A stretch of 64,000 nucleotides of DNA, taken from NCBI GenBank assembly GCA_002269645.1, contig NIVC01003512.1, forward strand, positions 1-64,000, written 5' to 3'. The position numbers and the translations under genes were made by a program. Source of the DNA: Macrostomum lignano. Its lineage: Eukaryota. The notes below the pieces were generated by a model. The model was not told where the DNA came from. It searched no databases and saw only the letters and a list, made by a program, of their open reading frames with translations. Shown here in pieces: positions 14,556-27,300 of the stretch (its first letter is position 1; each line of letters opens with the position of its first letter).

Positions 14556-15075
14556 TGTGATGCTCAATGTCGTAGTTATGCCAAATTTACCACAAATGAA
14601 ACAAATTACAGGCAAAATTCAAGATCGATAATGTAATCTAACAGAGCATGTGTGCGTTAATTGGTGCGCAATGCAGTATAGTATACAACAGACAGTTAAT
14701 ACGTGCGGATTGTAGATGCTGATAAAAATGAGTACGAGCTAAAGCCTACTCGCGTGCAATCTAATTATCATAGGTAGGTAAGTTCACTGAGGTGTTACGT
14801 GAATTAGATTATTGTAGAACAACATCTTGTGTTTTACTATACATGTACAAGCAATTGATAGTTTCACTCGAAAGTGCTTTATACAGCAGTAGTATATAGA
14901 GCGAAAGAAGTCACTGAAAATCATAAAAAATCGCGAAAAAATAAAAACCGAAACTTAACATTCAATTCGAAACGTACAGTTGGTTACAGTGTCATTGCTT
15001 CACTTATTCAATTCCGGGCATTCCTATACTCCTGCTCTAATCCAATGCAGCTCAGCAGTAATGGCAACAGTTTAA

Positions 15076-16917
15076 TCAGGCAATCTCGATAGCAGCCGCC
15101 TTCTCTAGGCCCAGCTCCTTGATCACGTCCTCCCTGAGCTTGAACTTCTGCACCTTGCCGGTGACGGTCATGGGGTACTCGTCTCTAAACAGAACGTAGC
15201 GCGGGATCTTGAAGTGGGCGATTTCATCCTTGCAGTAGGCTCTGAGCTCCGCCTCTGTCAACGACATTCCAGGCCGTAGACGGACGACAACGCAGAGCTC
15301 CTCGCCCATTCGTTCGTCTGGTACTCCGACGATTTGGGCGTCAGCGATGGCTGGATGGCCGTGCAGAAAGTTCTCAATTTCTACCGGGTAGATGTTCTCC
15401 CCGCCGCGGATGACCATGTCCCGGATTCGGCCTCGAATGTGACCGTAGCCGTCAGCATCCAGAAAGCCGATGTCGCCGGTGCGGTACCAGCGGTCCTCGC
15501 CGATCACCTCCGAGGTCTTCTCGGTGTCGTTGAAGTAGCCGCGCATCACCGCATAGCCACGGATGCAGATTTCGCCGCGCTGTCCTATTGGCAGCGCGCG
15601 GCCCTCCGGGTCTGCGATTTTTACCTCCATGTGCGCCGACGGACGCCCAACTGAGGCCGTCCGCTTCTCCAGACTGTCGTCCGGCATGCCCTGAAACGTG
15701 ACAGGGCTGTTCTCCGTGGTCCCGTACGCAATGGTCACGCGGTCCATGTGCAGCTCGGACACGATTCGGCGCATCACCTCCACCGGACAGGGCGATCCGG
15801 CAATGATGCCAGTTTGCAGCGACCGGAGATTCCGCTTGCTAACGTCAGGCTGGGACAGGATGTCGATGAACATTGTTGGCGTGCCATAGAGCGCCGTGCA
15901 CTTTTCCGTCTCTACAGTGCTCAAAGTAGCCGCCGGTTCGAAGCTGGGCGACGGATAGATGCAGGTTGCTCCGTGCAGTACAATCTGCAGGTTGCCAAGG
16001 CCCATGCCGAAGCAGTGATAGAACGGCACCTGAACGCAGATGCGCGCCACGTGTTTGTGGAATTCGCACCGCATGCCGACGAAGTACGCATTGTTTAGAA
16101 TATTGTGATGCGTTAGCGCCGCTCCTTTCGGACTGCCTGTAGTGCCCGAGGTGAACTGGATGTTGATTACGTCGTCCATTTGCAGGCGCTCGGCGAGTTT
16201 GTGAAGCTGCTTCTCGGTGTTGGGATCGGCGCTTCCGGCTCGACACACCTCATCGTACAGAAAGGCACCCGGCCGCTCCTCCTGACCCATCATCACCACG
16301 TGAGACAGCGAGGGCATGACCGAGCTTGACAGACCGCCCACTCGCGACTTTGGCAGCTCCGGGCAGAGTTCACACAGCATTGCGTAGTAATCGGACGTCT
16401 TGAAGTTGGGCGCCGAGACCAGGGCTCGAATGCCGACTCGGTTGACGCAGTACTCGAGCTCGTGCGGCCGGTAGGCCGGGTTGATGTTCACCAGCACCAG
16501 CCCAGCCTTGGCAGCGGCAAACTGAGTGGTGACCCACTCTCGACTGTTTGGTCCCCAAATACCCAGCCTATCGCCCGGGTTCAGGCCCAGCGACAGAAAG
16601 CCTCTGGCTAGTTGGTCAACTTCGGCACGGAACTCCGCCATAGTGCGGCGCTGCGGCTCGCTGCCGTCCCGACCGCCGCCGAAACGAAACACGAAGGCCT
16701 CCCGGTCGGGATTTTTAGCGACCGCCGCGTCCAGCAGCTGGCCAATCGTTCCGCCCATCAGCGGGATGTCGGTCGGGCCGCAGGCGTAGCTTAAGCGCTC
16801 CGGTGGAGGCGAAGGCAACTGCTGGCAGTGCAGGCGGCTGCCCAGCGACAGACGACGCAGTGTCCTGGCAGCGACAGTCACCGATGCCAGCAACCTCGTG
16901 CTGATCGTTGATGCCAT
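15076..16917 (-). CDS. ACSF2: Medium-chain acyl-CoA ligase ACSF2, mitochondrial-type, 613 aa, intronless CDS
   Basis: AMP-binding motif IQFTSGTTGSPKGA, YGTTENSP, TGDIG, GRIRDMVIRGGENIYP, MTVTGKVQK; Arg/Ser/Leu-rich acid-free N-terminus from MASTISTRLL resembles a mitochondrial presequence; ATG in AAAATATGG context. Confidence 0.92.
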   Translation of the reverse strand: MASTISTRLLASVTVAARTLRRLSLGSRLHCQQLPSPPPERLSYACGPTDIPLMGGTIGQLLDAAVAKNPDREAFVFRFGGGRDGSEPQRRTMAEFRAEVDQLARGFLSLGLNPGDRLGIWGPNSREWVTTQFAAAKAGLVLVNINPAYRPHELEYCVNRVGIRALVSAPNFKTSDYYAMLCELCPELPKSRVGGLSSSVMPSLSHVVMMGQEERPGAFLYDEVCRAGSADPNTEKQLHKLAERLQMDDVINIQFTSGTTGSPKGAALTHHNILNNAYFVGMRCEFHKHVARICVQVPFYHCFGMGLGNLQIVLHGATCIYPSPSFEPAATLSTVETEKCTALYGTPTMFIDILSQPDVSKRNLRSLQTGIIAGSPCPVEVMRRIVSELHMDRVTIAYGTTENSPVTFQGMPDDSLEKRTASVGRPSAHMEVKIADPEGRALPIGQRGEICIRGYAVMRGYFNDTEKTSEVIGEDRWYRTGDIGFLDADGYGHIRGRIRDMVIRGGENIYPVEIENFLHGHPAIADAQIVGVPDERMGEELCVVVRLRPGMSLTEAELRAYCKDEIAHFKIPRYVLFRDEYPMTVTGKVQKFKLREDVIKELGLEKAAAIEIA

Positions 16918-17188
16918 ATTTTCCCCCGCTGCTGCTGGCTTCTGGGAGAAGCAGATAAACAGTGAGTACCTCACCTGTATTCGTTTCCGCTCTTCTCTAG
17001 TCCTGGTCCTTCTGTATTTTAACCTGGCATTTATTCTAGCAAAATGCATGCCTGCAATGAAAAGCTGTTTTGTTGGGAGGTTTGGGGTGGCTGGCTTTGT
17101 CACTGAGTGTACATTGGGCAGATACAGTACTGACCGCGGAGGCTTCAGGTAAAGAGGGGACGGGGTAAAGGCTATCACGTGACCCCCG

Positions 17189-17192
17189 TGTG

Positions 17193-17232
<40 letters not shown>
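17189..17232. repeat. (CT)n microsatellite upstream of ACSF2
   Basis: Visible dinucleotide run. Confidence 0.95.
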
Positions 17233-17236
<4 letters not shown>

Positions 17237-17729
17237 AGTACTTTTCAGTTTGCAAAAAAAAGTGCAAAAATGGGTCTATTTTTTTAAGCCGGGGGTGAGA
17301 GTGTGAGAAAAGTGTGAGTGAGCATTGCTGAAAAAGCAAATTCGCACAACGAATTGATGCTCTTCAAAGCGGGCAGAAGAACAGGCCAGGCGAATACAGT
17401 AAAAGTGCAGTCAGATACTGTAGTTTAATTTTAATGCCCAAGAAGCTTAAGGGCAGCTTTGTTTTTTTGTACTTTTAGATGTTGCGCTGAAAGCTGGTTA
17501 CACATTGAATTACGAGTTGAAGGTTAATTGACAGGCTGGGACCGTCAATTAGAATTTAAAATGTCATTTTGCTTGAGTGGCAGAAGTTTTAAGCTGGATA
17601 AAGTAAAGTCATCTAGGCTCGTGTGCGGAGAGCATCATGCTTTGAAGATATGATTTAAGATATAGTTGTACCAGTTGGTAGAGGTCATTCCGAAACAGAA
17701 GATCAACAAGCCGCTTGTTGGTGGCAGAC

Positions 17730-18622
17730 CTGAAGGGTATTATCCAGATCTGAAGGGTATTATCCAGATCTGAAGGGTATTATCCAGATCTGAAGGGTAT
17801 TATCCAGATCTGAAGGGTATTATCCAGATCTGAAGGGTATTATCCAGATCTGAAGGCTATTATCCAGATCTGAAGGGTATTATCTAGAACTGTAGGGTAT
17901 TATCCAGACCTGAAGGGTATTATCCAGATCTGAAGGGTATTATCCAGATCTGAAGGGTATTATCCAGATCTGAAGGGTATTATCCAGATCTGAAGGGTAT
18001 TATCTAGAACTGTAGGGTATTATCCAGACCTGAAGGGTATCATCCAGATCTGAAGGGTATTATCCAGATCTGAAGGGTATTATCCAGATCTGAAGGGTAT
18101 TATCTAGAACTGTAGGGTATTATCTAGAACTGAAGGGTATTATCTAGAACTGAAGGGTATTATCCAGATCTGAAGGGTATTATCTAGAACTGAAGGGTAT
18201 TATCTAGAACTGTAGGGTATTATCTAGAACTGAGATGGTATTATCTAGAACTGAACGGTATTATCTAGAACTGAAGGGTATTATCTAGAACTGAAGGGTA
18301 TTATCTAGAACTGTAGGGTATTATCCAGAACTGAAGGGTATTATCTAGAACTGAATGGTATTATCTAGAACTGTAGGGTATTATCTAGAACTGAAGGATG
18401 TTATCTAGAACTGAAGGGTATTATCTAGAACTGTAGGGTATTATCCAGAACTGAAGGGTATTATCTAGAACTGTAGGGTATTATCCAGAACTGAAGGGTA
18501 TTATCTAGAACTGAAGGGTATTATCTAGAACTGAAGGGTATTATCTAGATCTGAAGGGTATTATCCAGAACTGAAGGGTATTATCTAGAACTGAAGGGTA
18601 TTATCCGAAACTGAAGGGTATT
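17730..18622. repeat. 20-bp minisatellite, ~44 copies
   Basis: Unit CTGAAGGGTATTATCCAGAT drifting to CTGAAGGGTATTATCTAGAA. Confidence 0.97.
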
Positions 18623-19597
18623 TTCAAATAATCAGAGGAGAGCTATTTCGATATTTCAAATTCTCAAGGGCTTTTCCTCGTTTTGCTGCTCAACAATTTA
18701 TTTCTGTTTGTTGTCAAGCAGTCAAATTTAACCGAGACGCAAGAAGATTCTGGCAGTGAGAAATATTAGACATCGCCCGTTGTTCTCAAGTCCGGGTTGC
18801 GAATGAGTAGCATATATCGTGTATAAAGCTTATTTTTCAGACGGAGCGTTGTGTATTTCTCGGCGTGTTTATTAGAGGAGAATTATTATTGAAAAAATAC
18901 TTCACATATTAGAAAGTTAGCGCGATAAATAGAGGGGGCGCTGAGGGTGCCAGCGAGCCAGAGAGCTAAAAATAATGTGCCGATTTATTGGATAAAGCAT
19001 CCGGAAATTTCCTCAGGAGCATCTCTTAGTGCTCTTGGATAGCAAAAATTTGTGGGGACAGACAGTTGCAATAATTAAAGACAGACTGCTCAGAAATCAG
19101 GCGAAAAATGGTTTAAAAATTATAGGCAAAAAAGTCAACAACAAGCCAATAAAAGTTTTGAAGTCAGGATAGGCAATCTATAGAGAAACTATATGCACAG
19201 CCAATGGAGGGTTGGTCCTCAGATTTTAAGTAGATATTTTTGCGAGCTAAGGGAGATATCCAATAGTATGACTGCTGTTAAGCATTGATACAGTAGTTAA
19301 TAGTTATTCATAATATCAGTTTAGTATAGGGTTTCAAGAGTACTTAAAAGTGCACATACACTTCAGCTAGACAAAGCAACAACATCGGAGACTAGCAGCT
19401 AAGGGTGCTTTGTTTTCGATTGTTAGCTCTGAAGCACTGCAGTTCTGTAAGAAATGTTGCTCTAGAAAACTCGCTTCGATTGTCGGCTTTGGCGCCTCCT
19501 CCGAGACCTGCGGCTCTTCTGGACGTCTGCAACAGGGATGTGACTGCGCTTTCAGGTCCCATCTACAGCCACTGATTCTCAGTTCTTAAGCAGCTCC

Positions 19598-20105
19598 TGC
19601 CTACTAGAGCACCCAACAGCTACCTACCAGAGCACCCAACAGATACCTACCAGAGCAGCCAACAGCTGCCTACCAGAGCAGCCAACAGCTGCCTACCAGA
19701 GCAGCCAACAGCTACCTACCAGCGCAGCCAACAGCTGCCTACCAGAGCAGCCAACAGCTGCCTACCAGAGCAGCCAACAGCTGCCTACCAGAGCAGCCAA
19801 CAGCTGCCTACCAGAGCAGCCAACAGCTACCTACCAGAGCAGCCAACAGCTGCCTACCAGAGCAGCCAACAGCTGCCTACCAGAGCAGCCAACAGCTGCC
19901 TACCAGAGCAGCCAACAGCTACCTACCAGAGCAGCCAACAGCTGCCTACCAGAGCAGCCAACAGCTACCTACCAGAGCAGCCAACAGCTACCTACCAGAG
20001 CAGCCAACAGCTACCTACCAGAGCAGCCAACAGCTACCTACCAGAGCAGCCAACAGCTACCTACTAGAGCACCCAACAGCTGCCTACCAGAGCAGCCAAC
20101 AGCTG
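19598..20105. repeat. 23-bp minisatellite
   Basis: Unit CCTACCAGAGCAGCCAACAGCTG; period 23 checked at 19741/19764. Confidence 0.96.
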
Positions 20106-21097
20106 GTACCTATCTAGAATAAAGTACACAAAACGAGTTCAGCAGCTTACCTCAGTTTTCAGCCTGAGGCGGCCCATTGTCTGAAACAAATTGTGGTCAG
20201 GGAGGAAAATTCGAGTATTATTTAAGCTCATGAACCAGTCAAATTACTGTTAGTAGAAACGGTGAGACTACATTAAAAACTAATTCAAGATGAGTCTAAT
20301 TCAAACTATTTTACTCAGTCTTCAGGTAAGACAACAATAAGCAGAATTTAAAAGATTACGGAAAGGTTTAACATAAATGTCTTTCGTGCAGTTTGTGCAA
20401 AATTTGTCTCAAAACTTGTACTAAAATGGAGAGCACAGTTTAGGTTAGGTTTAGGTTTGTCAGTCAAACTGTGATAGACCCGCTAATATTAGTGCGTTGT
20501 CAAAACGATAATCATCTTACTGCTTCTACTGTTAGTAACCACATGCAGATTTTATTGTAGTTATTTTTCAACGTTTAGATTTTAGTTTATGCACAATGTA
20601 CTTTAATTTGAATTCTAATTGTTAAAACAACACGCTGGAACGTTGTGACGATGAGGCATTAGTAACGCTTAGGAGGCTGGCCAATTCTACCTTCGGCATC
20701 GTGCAACTCCTGGACTCGTCTGGCCGCCTGCTCGGCGATGTCATCGATCAGTGCTTTGGCTGCAATCCGTAGGTTGATGGCTCTCTGCTTTATCGCGAGG
20801 ATAATCTGCTAATCCAGCTGCTAAGCTACTGGAATCGTGGGATTATGTGACAGGTGAAGCAAGAGGAAGAGGCCTGCGTTCCAAATCAGTCCAAATCATA
20901 AAGAATTTCGGCATGCAGATAAGCACAGCTTCGAACACTGTCTAAAGAATTGGATAACGAGCTGCATCATTCAAAAAGCAAACTTTTTAGATTGACCTGC
21001 AAAATCTTGCTTTGGATTTGAAGAGACTCAAATCCAGCGTCCATCGTAAATCACATTCCTGCACCCTACCCAGTCTAGTAATAATCTATAACACCCC

Positions 21098-21525
21098 ACA
21101 TCACTCCTGCCCGCACAATAATCTATAGCAACCACCTCCTTCCCGCACAATAATCTATAGCACCCACCTCACTCCTTCCCGCACAATAATCTATAGCACC
21201 CACATCACTCCTGACCGCACAATAATCTATAGCACCCACCTCACTCCTGCCCGCACAATAATCTATAGCACCCACCTCACTCCTACCCGCACAATAATCT
21301 ATAGCACCCACCTCACTCCTTCCCGCACAATGATCTATAGCACCCACCTCACTCCTTCCCGCACAATGATCTATAGCACCCACCTCACTCCTTCCCGCAC
21401 AATGATCTATAGCACCCACCTCACTCCTTCCCGCACAATAATCTATAGCACCCACCTCACTCCTTCCCGCACAATAAATTATAGCGCCCACCTCACTCCT
21501 GCCTGCACAATAATCTATAGCATCC
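21098..21525. repeat. 36-bp minisatellite
   Basis: Unit CACAATAATCTATAGCACCCACCTCACTCCTTCCCG; explains the 12-aa periodic ORF 21123-21662. Confidence 0.95.
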
Positions 21526-22064
21526 ACCTCAGTTCTCTCTAATATCCATCTAATTCCTACCCTACGAGTATACGAGTATAGTGACCAACTTTCTCCCATG
21601 TCTAAAAAGCAGTTCAACTGTTTAAAAAATATCCAGGAACCGATGGCAAACTTTTCACTCATAGGGAGGGGTAGCTACCGCCGAAGTTTAATGAATATTC
21701 AATGAATGGCCGGTGTTCAAGCGTATTTAAGTATTTTTACGAACACGACAATTCCAAAATAGAAAGGAAACGTGATACAGTGCATTTCGAATAGAATTTC
21801 AGCAAGCTACTTTAAGACACCACGTGAGCTAATAGATGTGTGCAGAAGTGACAGGACAAACCTTTGGCCTCTGCAATGAATAATTTTGATGGGTTGCATA
21901 ATTTAGCACGATAACATGTATTATTTATAGATTGATCTGAAATTTTAGCACTACAACTATACCTTGTACAGAACCGCAAATGTGAGTCTGAACTACCTGG
22001 TTAAATAGCTGCATAGCGTGTTAGAATCACTAACTAATTTTAATTTTTTTACATATCCACTTCA

Positions 22065-22985
22065 CTCCACACTTGCGTCACTCCGCAACCACGTCACTTC
22101 ACACCCATCCACACCACGTCACTCCACACCCGCGTCACTCCACACTCACGTCACTCCACACACCCACTTCACTCCACACCCACGTCACTCCACACCCGCG
22201 TCACTCCACACCCACGTCACTCTACAAGCAGGTAAATCCACACCCACGTCACTCCACACCCACGTCACTCCACACCCACGTCACTCCACACCCACGTCAC
22301 TCCACACCCACGTCACTCTACACCCGTGTCACTCCACAAGCAGGTAAATCCACACCCACGTCACTCCACACCCACGTCACTCCACACCCACGTCACTCCA
22401 CACCTGCGTCACTCCACAAGCAGGTAAATCCCCACCACGTCACTCCACACCCACGTCACTCCACAAGCAGGTAAATCCACACCCACGTCACTCCACACCC
22501 ACTTCACTCCACACCCACGTCACTCCACACCTGCGTCACTCCACACCCACGTCACTCCACACCTGCGTCACTCCACAAGCAGGTAAATCCACACCCACGT
22601 CACTCCACACCCGTGTCACTCCACAAGCAGGTAAATCCACACCCACGTCACTCCACACCTGCGTCACTCCACAAGCAGGTAAATCCCCACCCACGTCACT
22701 CCACACCCACATCACTCCACACCCACGTCACTCCACACCCACGTCACTCCACACCCACGTCACTCCACACCCACATCACTCCACACCCACGTCATTCCAC
22801 ACCCACGTCACTCCATACCCACGTCATTCCACACCCACATCACTTCACGACCAAATAACTCCACACCCACATCACTCCACACCTACGTCACTCCACAACC
22901 AGGTAACTACACACCCACGTCACTACACACCCACGTCACTCCACACCCACGTCACTCCACAAGCAGGTAAGTCCACACCCACGTG
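22065..22985. repeat. Complex C/A-rich minisatellite (CACCCACGTCACTCCACA-like units with interspersed CAAGCAGGTAAATC)
   Basis: Directly visible tandem units. Confidence 0.93.
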
Positions 22986-24333
22986 ACTCCTCGAACACTT
23001 TACTTTAGACCCATATTATTCCATAAATCTGTACATAACGAATCTTTAAAATGCAAGCATTAGAGGCAGGTAAATTATGTTATTTTCATGTATGCAGCTA
23101 GCTCTAGCGCATACGGTATTCGGGCAGTAGTAGCAGCAGAATATTAGCTTTTAATTCTATGAGTGACTGTTAATGTTGCTAATTGCATTGTTCCATCACC
23201 CCGGTTACCATAGGCATCGAGCAAGTCTCGGAAAGTTCGTGTCGATGATTGGTCAATCAGCAGTTGCTGATCTGAAGTTCATCAAATTTTTGTAACTATG
23301 CAATTTAATTTCCTGTCGATTTCAGAGACTTTTGTCACTTTCAAGGCCATCAAATTGTTCTGAAGCTTTTCACTCTTTGCATTTCTATGCTGTCAACAGA
23401 AAAATAACCTCAACGTACCGTCTTCCTCGTATTGCTTGTTGTCTTCATCCTCCGCCAGGTTTTCTGCAACATGGTTTCGGGGAAAAGTACGCATCAGTTT
23501 GTGTCAACTGACTACGCCGGCTACAGGACAGAACGAGACAAGCAAAATGAAACGGCAAGCGCAGAAGCTTCTGACAAAAAATTGAAACAAAGTTTAAATG
23601 GATCTACATATTTTCATTAATTACATTCGCTCATTCTTCATGAAGAATAATTAGTTTTTTTGCAAAACTGTACTTCTGATATTTCTACTATTAATAGGGC
23701 ATCAAATCAAGGTTCCTTGTAATAATTTTTCTGTACGTAATATTCAGCTATTTTTACTGAAAGTAGAGTAGCAAGAAAATTCCAGTCGGTCTGTCAGATT
23801 TTCGAGACAGCAATTTTTGACAGCTATTTTATGAACTGAGGCTGACTGAGAGATAAGAGAGAAACTTGAGAAAAGTTGAGACAGTATTAGAAAGTACGAG
23901 TAAGACAAAGGAGAATTTGTTGTTTTTTTATGAACCAAAGCATAAGTAATGGCATTTTAACACCAAAGAATTCAACTACTCAGTCGAATTGTACATGCAT
24001 ATTTTACGTAAGTTCTTTGTTACGCACAGAATTTATATGTACATCACACATAATCAACAGGTAAAACACAGGAGTGTACATTTCATGCCAATGTCTAATG
24101 TGCATGGCTAAAGCTTAGTATGCGTTCATCACTGAGCTTATTATGAAGCTTGACTAGCTCTGGCTAGGAGGCGTTTCTATTTTTAGCTCAAATGTACATG
24201 GGCTGCATGGGGCACGAACAGCTCTCTAGGGGGAGCTGGTGTACATTTACAGATCGGAGTTGCGCAACCTGACACTGAGTGCGCAGCTGTCGTGCTGGGA
24301 ATGCTATAAATAATCTAATGAGCCTCAGCTCCG

Positions 24334-27300
24334 TTAGGAAGCTAGCGGGGTCAGGCAAGGACAAGCGGCCGAGCTCTTCTCCCGCAGGTGTTCACCTGGC
24401 AGTTCATTCTGCAATTCCAGCACGGCTGCTGACACCGCCTCAACCACCAGTCTTGAGGTGGCCTTAGAGACGTCTGCGAAGAGGAAAAAAGTGAACAGGG
24501 AATTCGTGGCTTGAGGCTTCATCAAGGGAGCCTAATCCCTATGATTCCAAGGCTGCACTCAAGAGTGAGAACATTTTAATTAAACCGATATCCGAAAGCA
24601 TGCATCCGCTAGTGAAGGATGCAACTATCGAAAGCTTGAGTTGGCTGAGCTTCCGTGCTAAGTTGATTGAGGTAGTAAAAAGATTAAGCATGTCACATAA
24701 TTAATAGGTTAATTGACTTTTTACTTCTCGTACTCTTTAAATGGATGGCGGCTGTTGCTGTAAATCATCGCAATGAGATGCAGGTGGAACACATTCTTTA
24801 GAAACGTCTTTGGAAACATATTCTTTGCGACAAAAGAACTGCGGTCAAAGACAGGGGCTTGGCCAATCAACTACAGGGCTAGAGGGTTGGCAGCCCCAAT
24901 CACAGCTCCCAAATACAGGGCTATAGGGTTGGCAGCCCTAAGCACAGCTCCCAACTACAGGGCTAGAGGGTTGGCAGCCCCAAGCACAGGTCCCAACTAC
25001 AGGGCTAGAGGGTTGGCAGCCCCAAGCACAGCTCCCAACTACAGGGCTAGAGGGTTGGCAGCCCCAAGCACAGCTCCCAAATACAGGGCTAGAGGGCTGG
25101 CAGCCCCAAGCACAGCTCCCAACTACAGGGCTAGAGGGTTGGCAGCCCCAAGCACAGGTCCCAACTACAGGGCTAGAGGGTTGGCAGCCCCAAGCACAGC
25201 TCCCAACTACAGGGCTAGAGGGTTGGCAGCCCCAAGCACAGCTCCCAAATACAGGGCTAGAGGGTTGGCAGCCCCAAGCACAGCTCCCAACTACAGGGCT
25301 AGAGGGTTGGCAGCCCCAAGCACAGCTCCCAACTACAGGGCAGAGGGTTGGCAGCCCCAGACGCTTTACTCTACGAATTTCACTAACATGAATGACGGGA
25401 ACTGCTTGAAATATTTCTAGAGATATGCTTTGCTATCTTTGACAGTTAAGTTACTACCAGCAACGAGAATGAATAACCAGTCACTCATGTAGTTTAAGCA
25501 GATATATTAAGATTTTAAAGCATTTTTCTACTGTCACTACTGATACCAAGTAGTATAGAAAGCAAACAACACGCATCGTATATAAATATTAGTTCTAAAT
25601 GAACAAGCCCAGGTCCCCGAGTTCGCCCTAGCTAGCAAAATTACCCAGCTCTTTCTCTTCTGTATCAGCAAACTCTGCAACAGAAAGCAGACAGTGAGAG
25701 TGAAAATCTGCAAGACATTTTAGCTATAAATAGCTTTTGCAGAAGTGACGTCAGTTCCTGCACTCACCGTCCAATCGAAGCAGGCGCTCGGTTTTGCCGT
25801 CGCCCTGGCCGGGATCCAGCCAGCTGCCGCAGGCGAAAACCGCCTGCTGGCCGTTCGGCTGCGTCACCATCAGGCCGTCGCAGTGCCAGCCGGCGCCAGC
25901 GGTGGCCGCCTCGGCCGCTACGAGGCACTGCTTCAGCTGGCCCAGGTCCACCGCCGAGATGCTGAACTCGCCGATCTTCAATTGAAAGGAGGGAAAACAT
26001 GTAATATAAATATTCCCACGAGGGCGACATCATGCCGCATGCCAATGGTGAGGCAATTCTGCGCATTCCGCTGACTCCTCGGCACATACAAGCGCGCTCA
26101 CACAGGGTGTACAGCGGCCCTTAACTTTCTAATGGTCAGGTATGTACAGTCTCTGTGCCTTGGGGGTTGAGAGTGTGGCTAACCAAGGGGTCGTGGCGCG
26201 GAAGCTACTTTGCCATCCCGATTTCGAATGCTTGTATTCTGTGCTAAAAATAGCGATTAGTCTTTTAATAGATTCACCAATGATACAGTTTCTAAAACAG
26301 AATATTATCGAATCAGTCTTCACTAGTGATTGGTTGGGTTTTAAAGTTTAATGTCAGAATTTTGAATGGATTCTCCTTTAGCCGTCGCTAAAAATAGAAA
26401 CACATGGGGTAGGTGTACAAGTGATACGTACAAATGACCCAGGATTGGTCACGTGACTGTCCATTCTAAAAATAGAAACACTTAGGGCGGTGTAAAAATG
26501 ATACGTGAACTGGGATTAGTCACGTGACTGTCCATTCTAAAAATAGAAACAAATAGGGCGGTGTACAAATGATACGTGACCTGGAATTAGTCAAGTGACT
26601 GCCCAATTCTAAAAATAGAAAAATAACAAATGTACAATCAAAATGCCAAGCAAAAAAGCGATTTTATTTCTCCGTTATTTGCTCTCTCCTATGTCACCAT
26701 CTCAGGCATCCAGTCACGATCACTCACATCTCCCGCCGCCATCGGGCCCAGCTCGTAGCAGGGCCGCCTGCCGGAGTCGCCCCGCTCGCCGATCAGGCAG
26801 ACGGACACGGGGCCCTGGAACGGCTGGGCCTGCTCGGACCCGGTGGCCACCTGCACAGTGTAGTGGAGCACCTCCAGTCCTGAGTTTGGAGTCGGGAACT
26901 CAGCCGCGGTCTCCAGACCTTCGCCGAGACCCAGTCGGCACCGGCCGATCTGGAAGTCGATGTCGGTCTCCGGTCGGCTCAGCACCAGCTGGCTGATGGA
27001 CCAGGTCGGCGGTTCGGCCATCTCCGGCCACGGCTTCAGCTCCAGACGCAGCTTGTACAGCGGCCCGGCGTCCTTCAGCTCGATCTTGAACTCGTCCTGC
27101 GTGGCAGCGCTGAAGGCACCGCCGCCGGCCGAGCCGAGCAGGATTGGCCCGACAGACTTCTGTTCGCCGTAGGCTGTCAAGCTGACGTCGGCGCCGACGC
27201 ACGGCTCCTCGGTGTCGATGCGCAACAGCCAATCGTGCGGCTCCTTCAGGCTGGCCCGGCTCGTGTCTGGCGGCTCCTCCTTCGGCTGCGGCGGCTCCTC

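Noticed and set aside
15076-16917. Bacterial horizontal transfer as explanation for the intronless acyl-CoA ligase
   Set aside because: Presequence-like N-terminus and host-like codon usage favour native ACSF2; not formally excluded without a tree
16918-17178. 87-aa N-terminal extension of ACSF2 in the 700-aa ORF call
   Set aside because: Begins at a non-ATG codon, no family resemblance, contains splice signals, and would mask the presequence-like segment
23211-23525. Possible additional minus-strand exons (acidic ENLAEDEDNKQYEED)
   Set aside because: Would need a weak donor in exon 13 and a 29-nt intron; stops in adjacent frames; insufficient support
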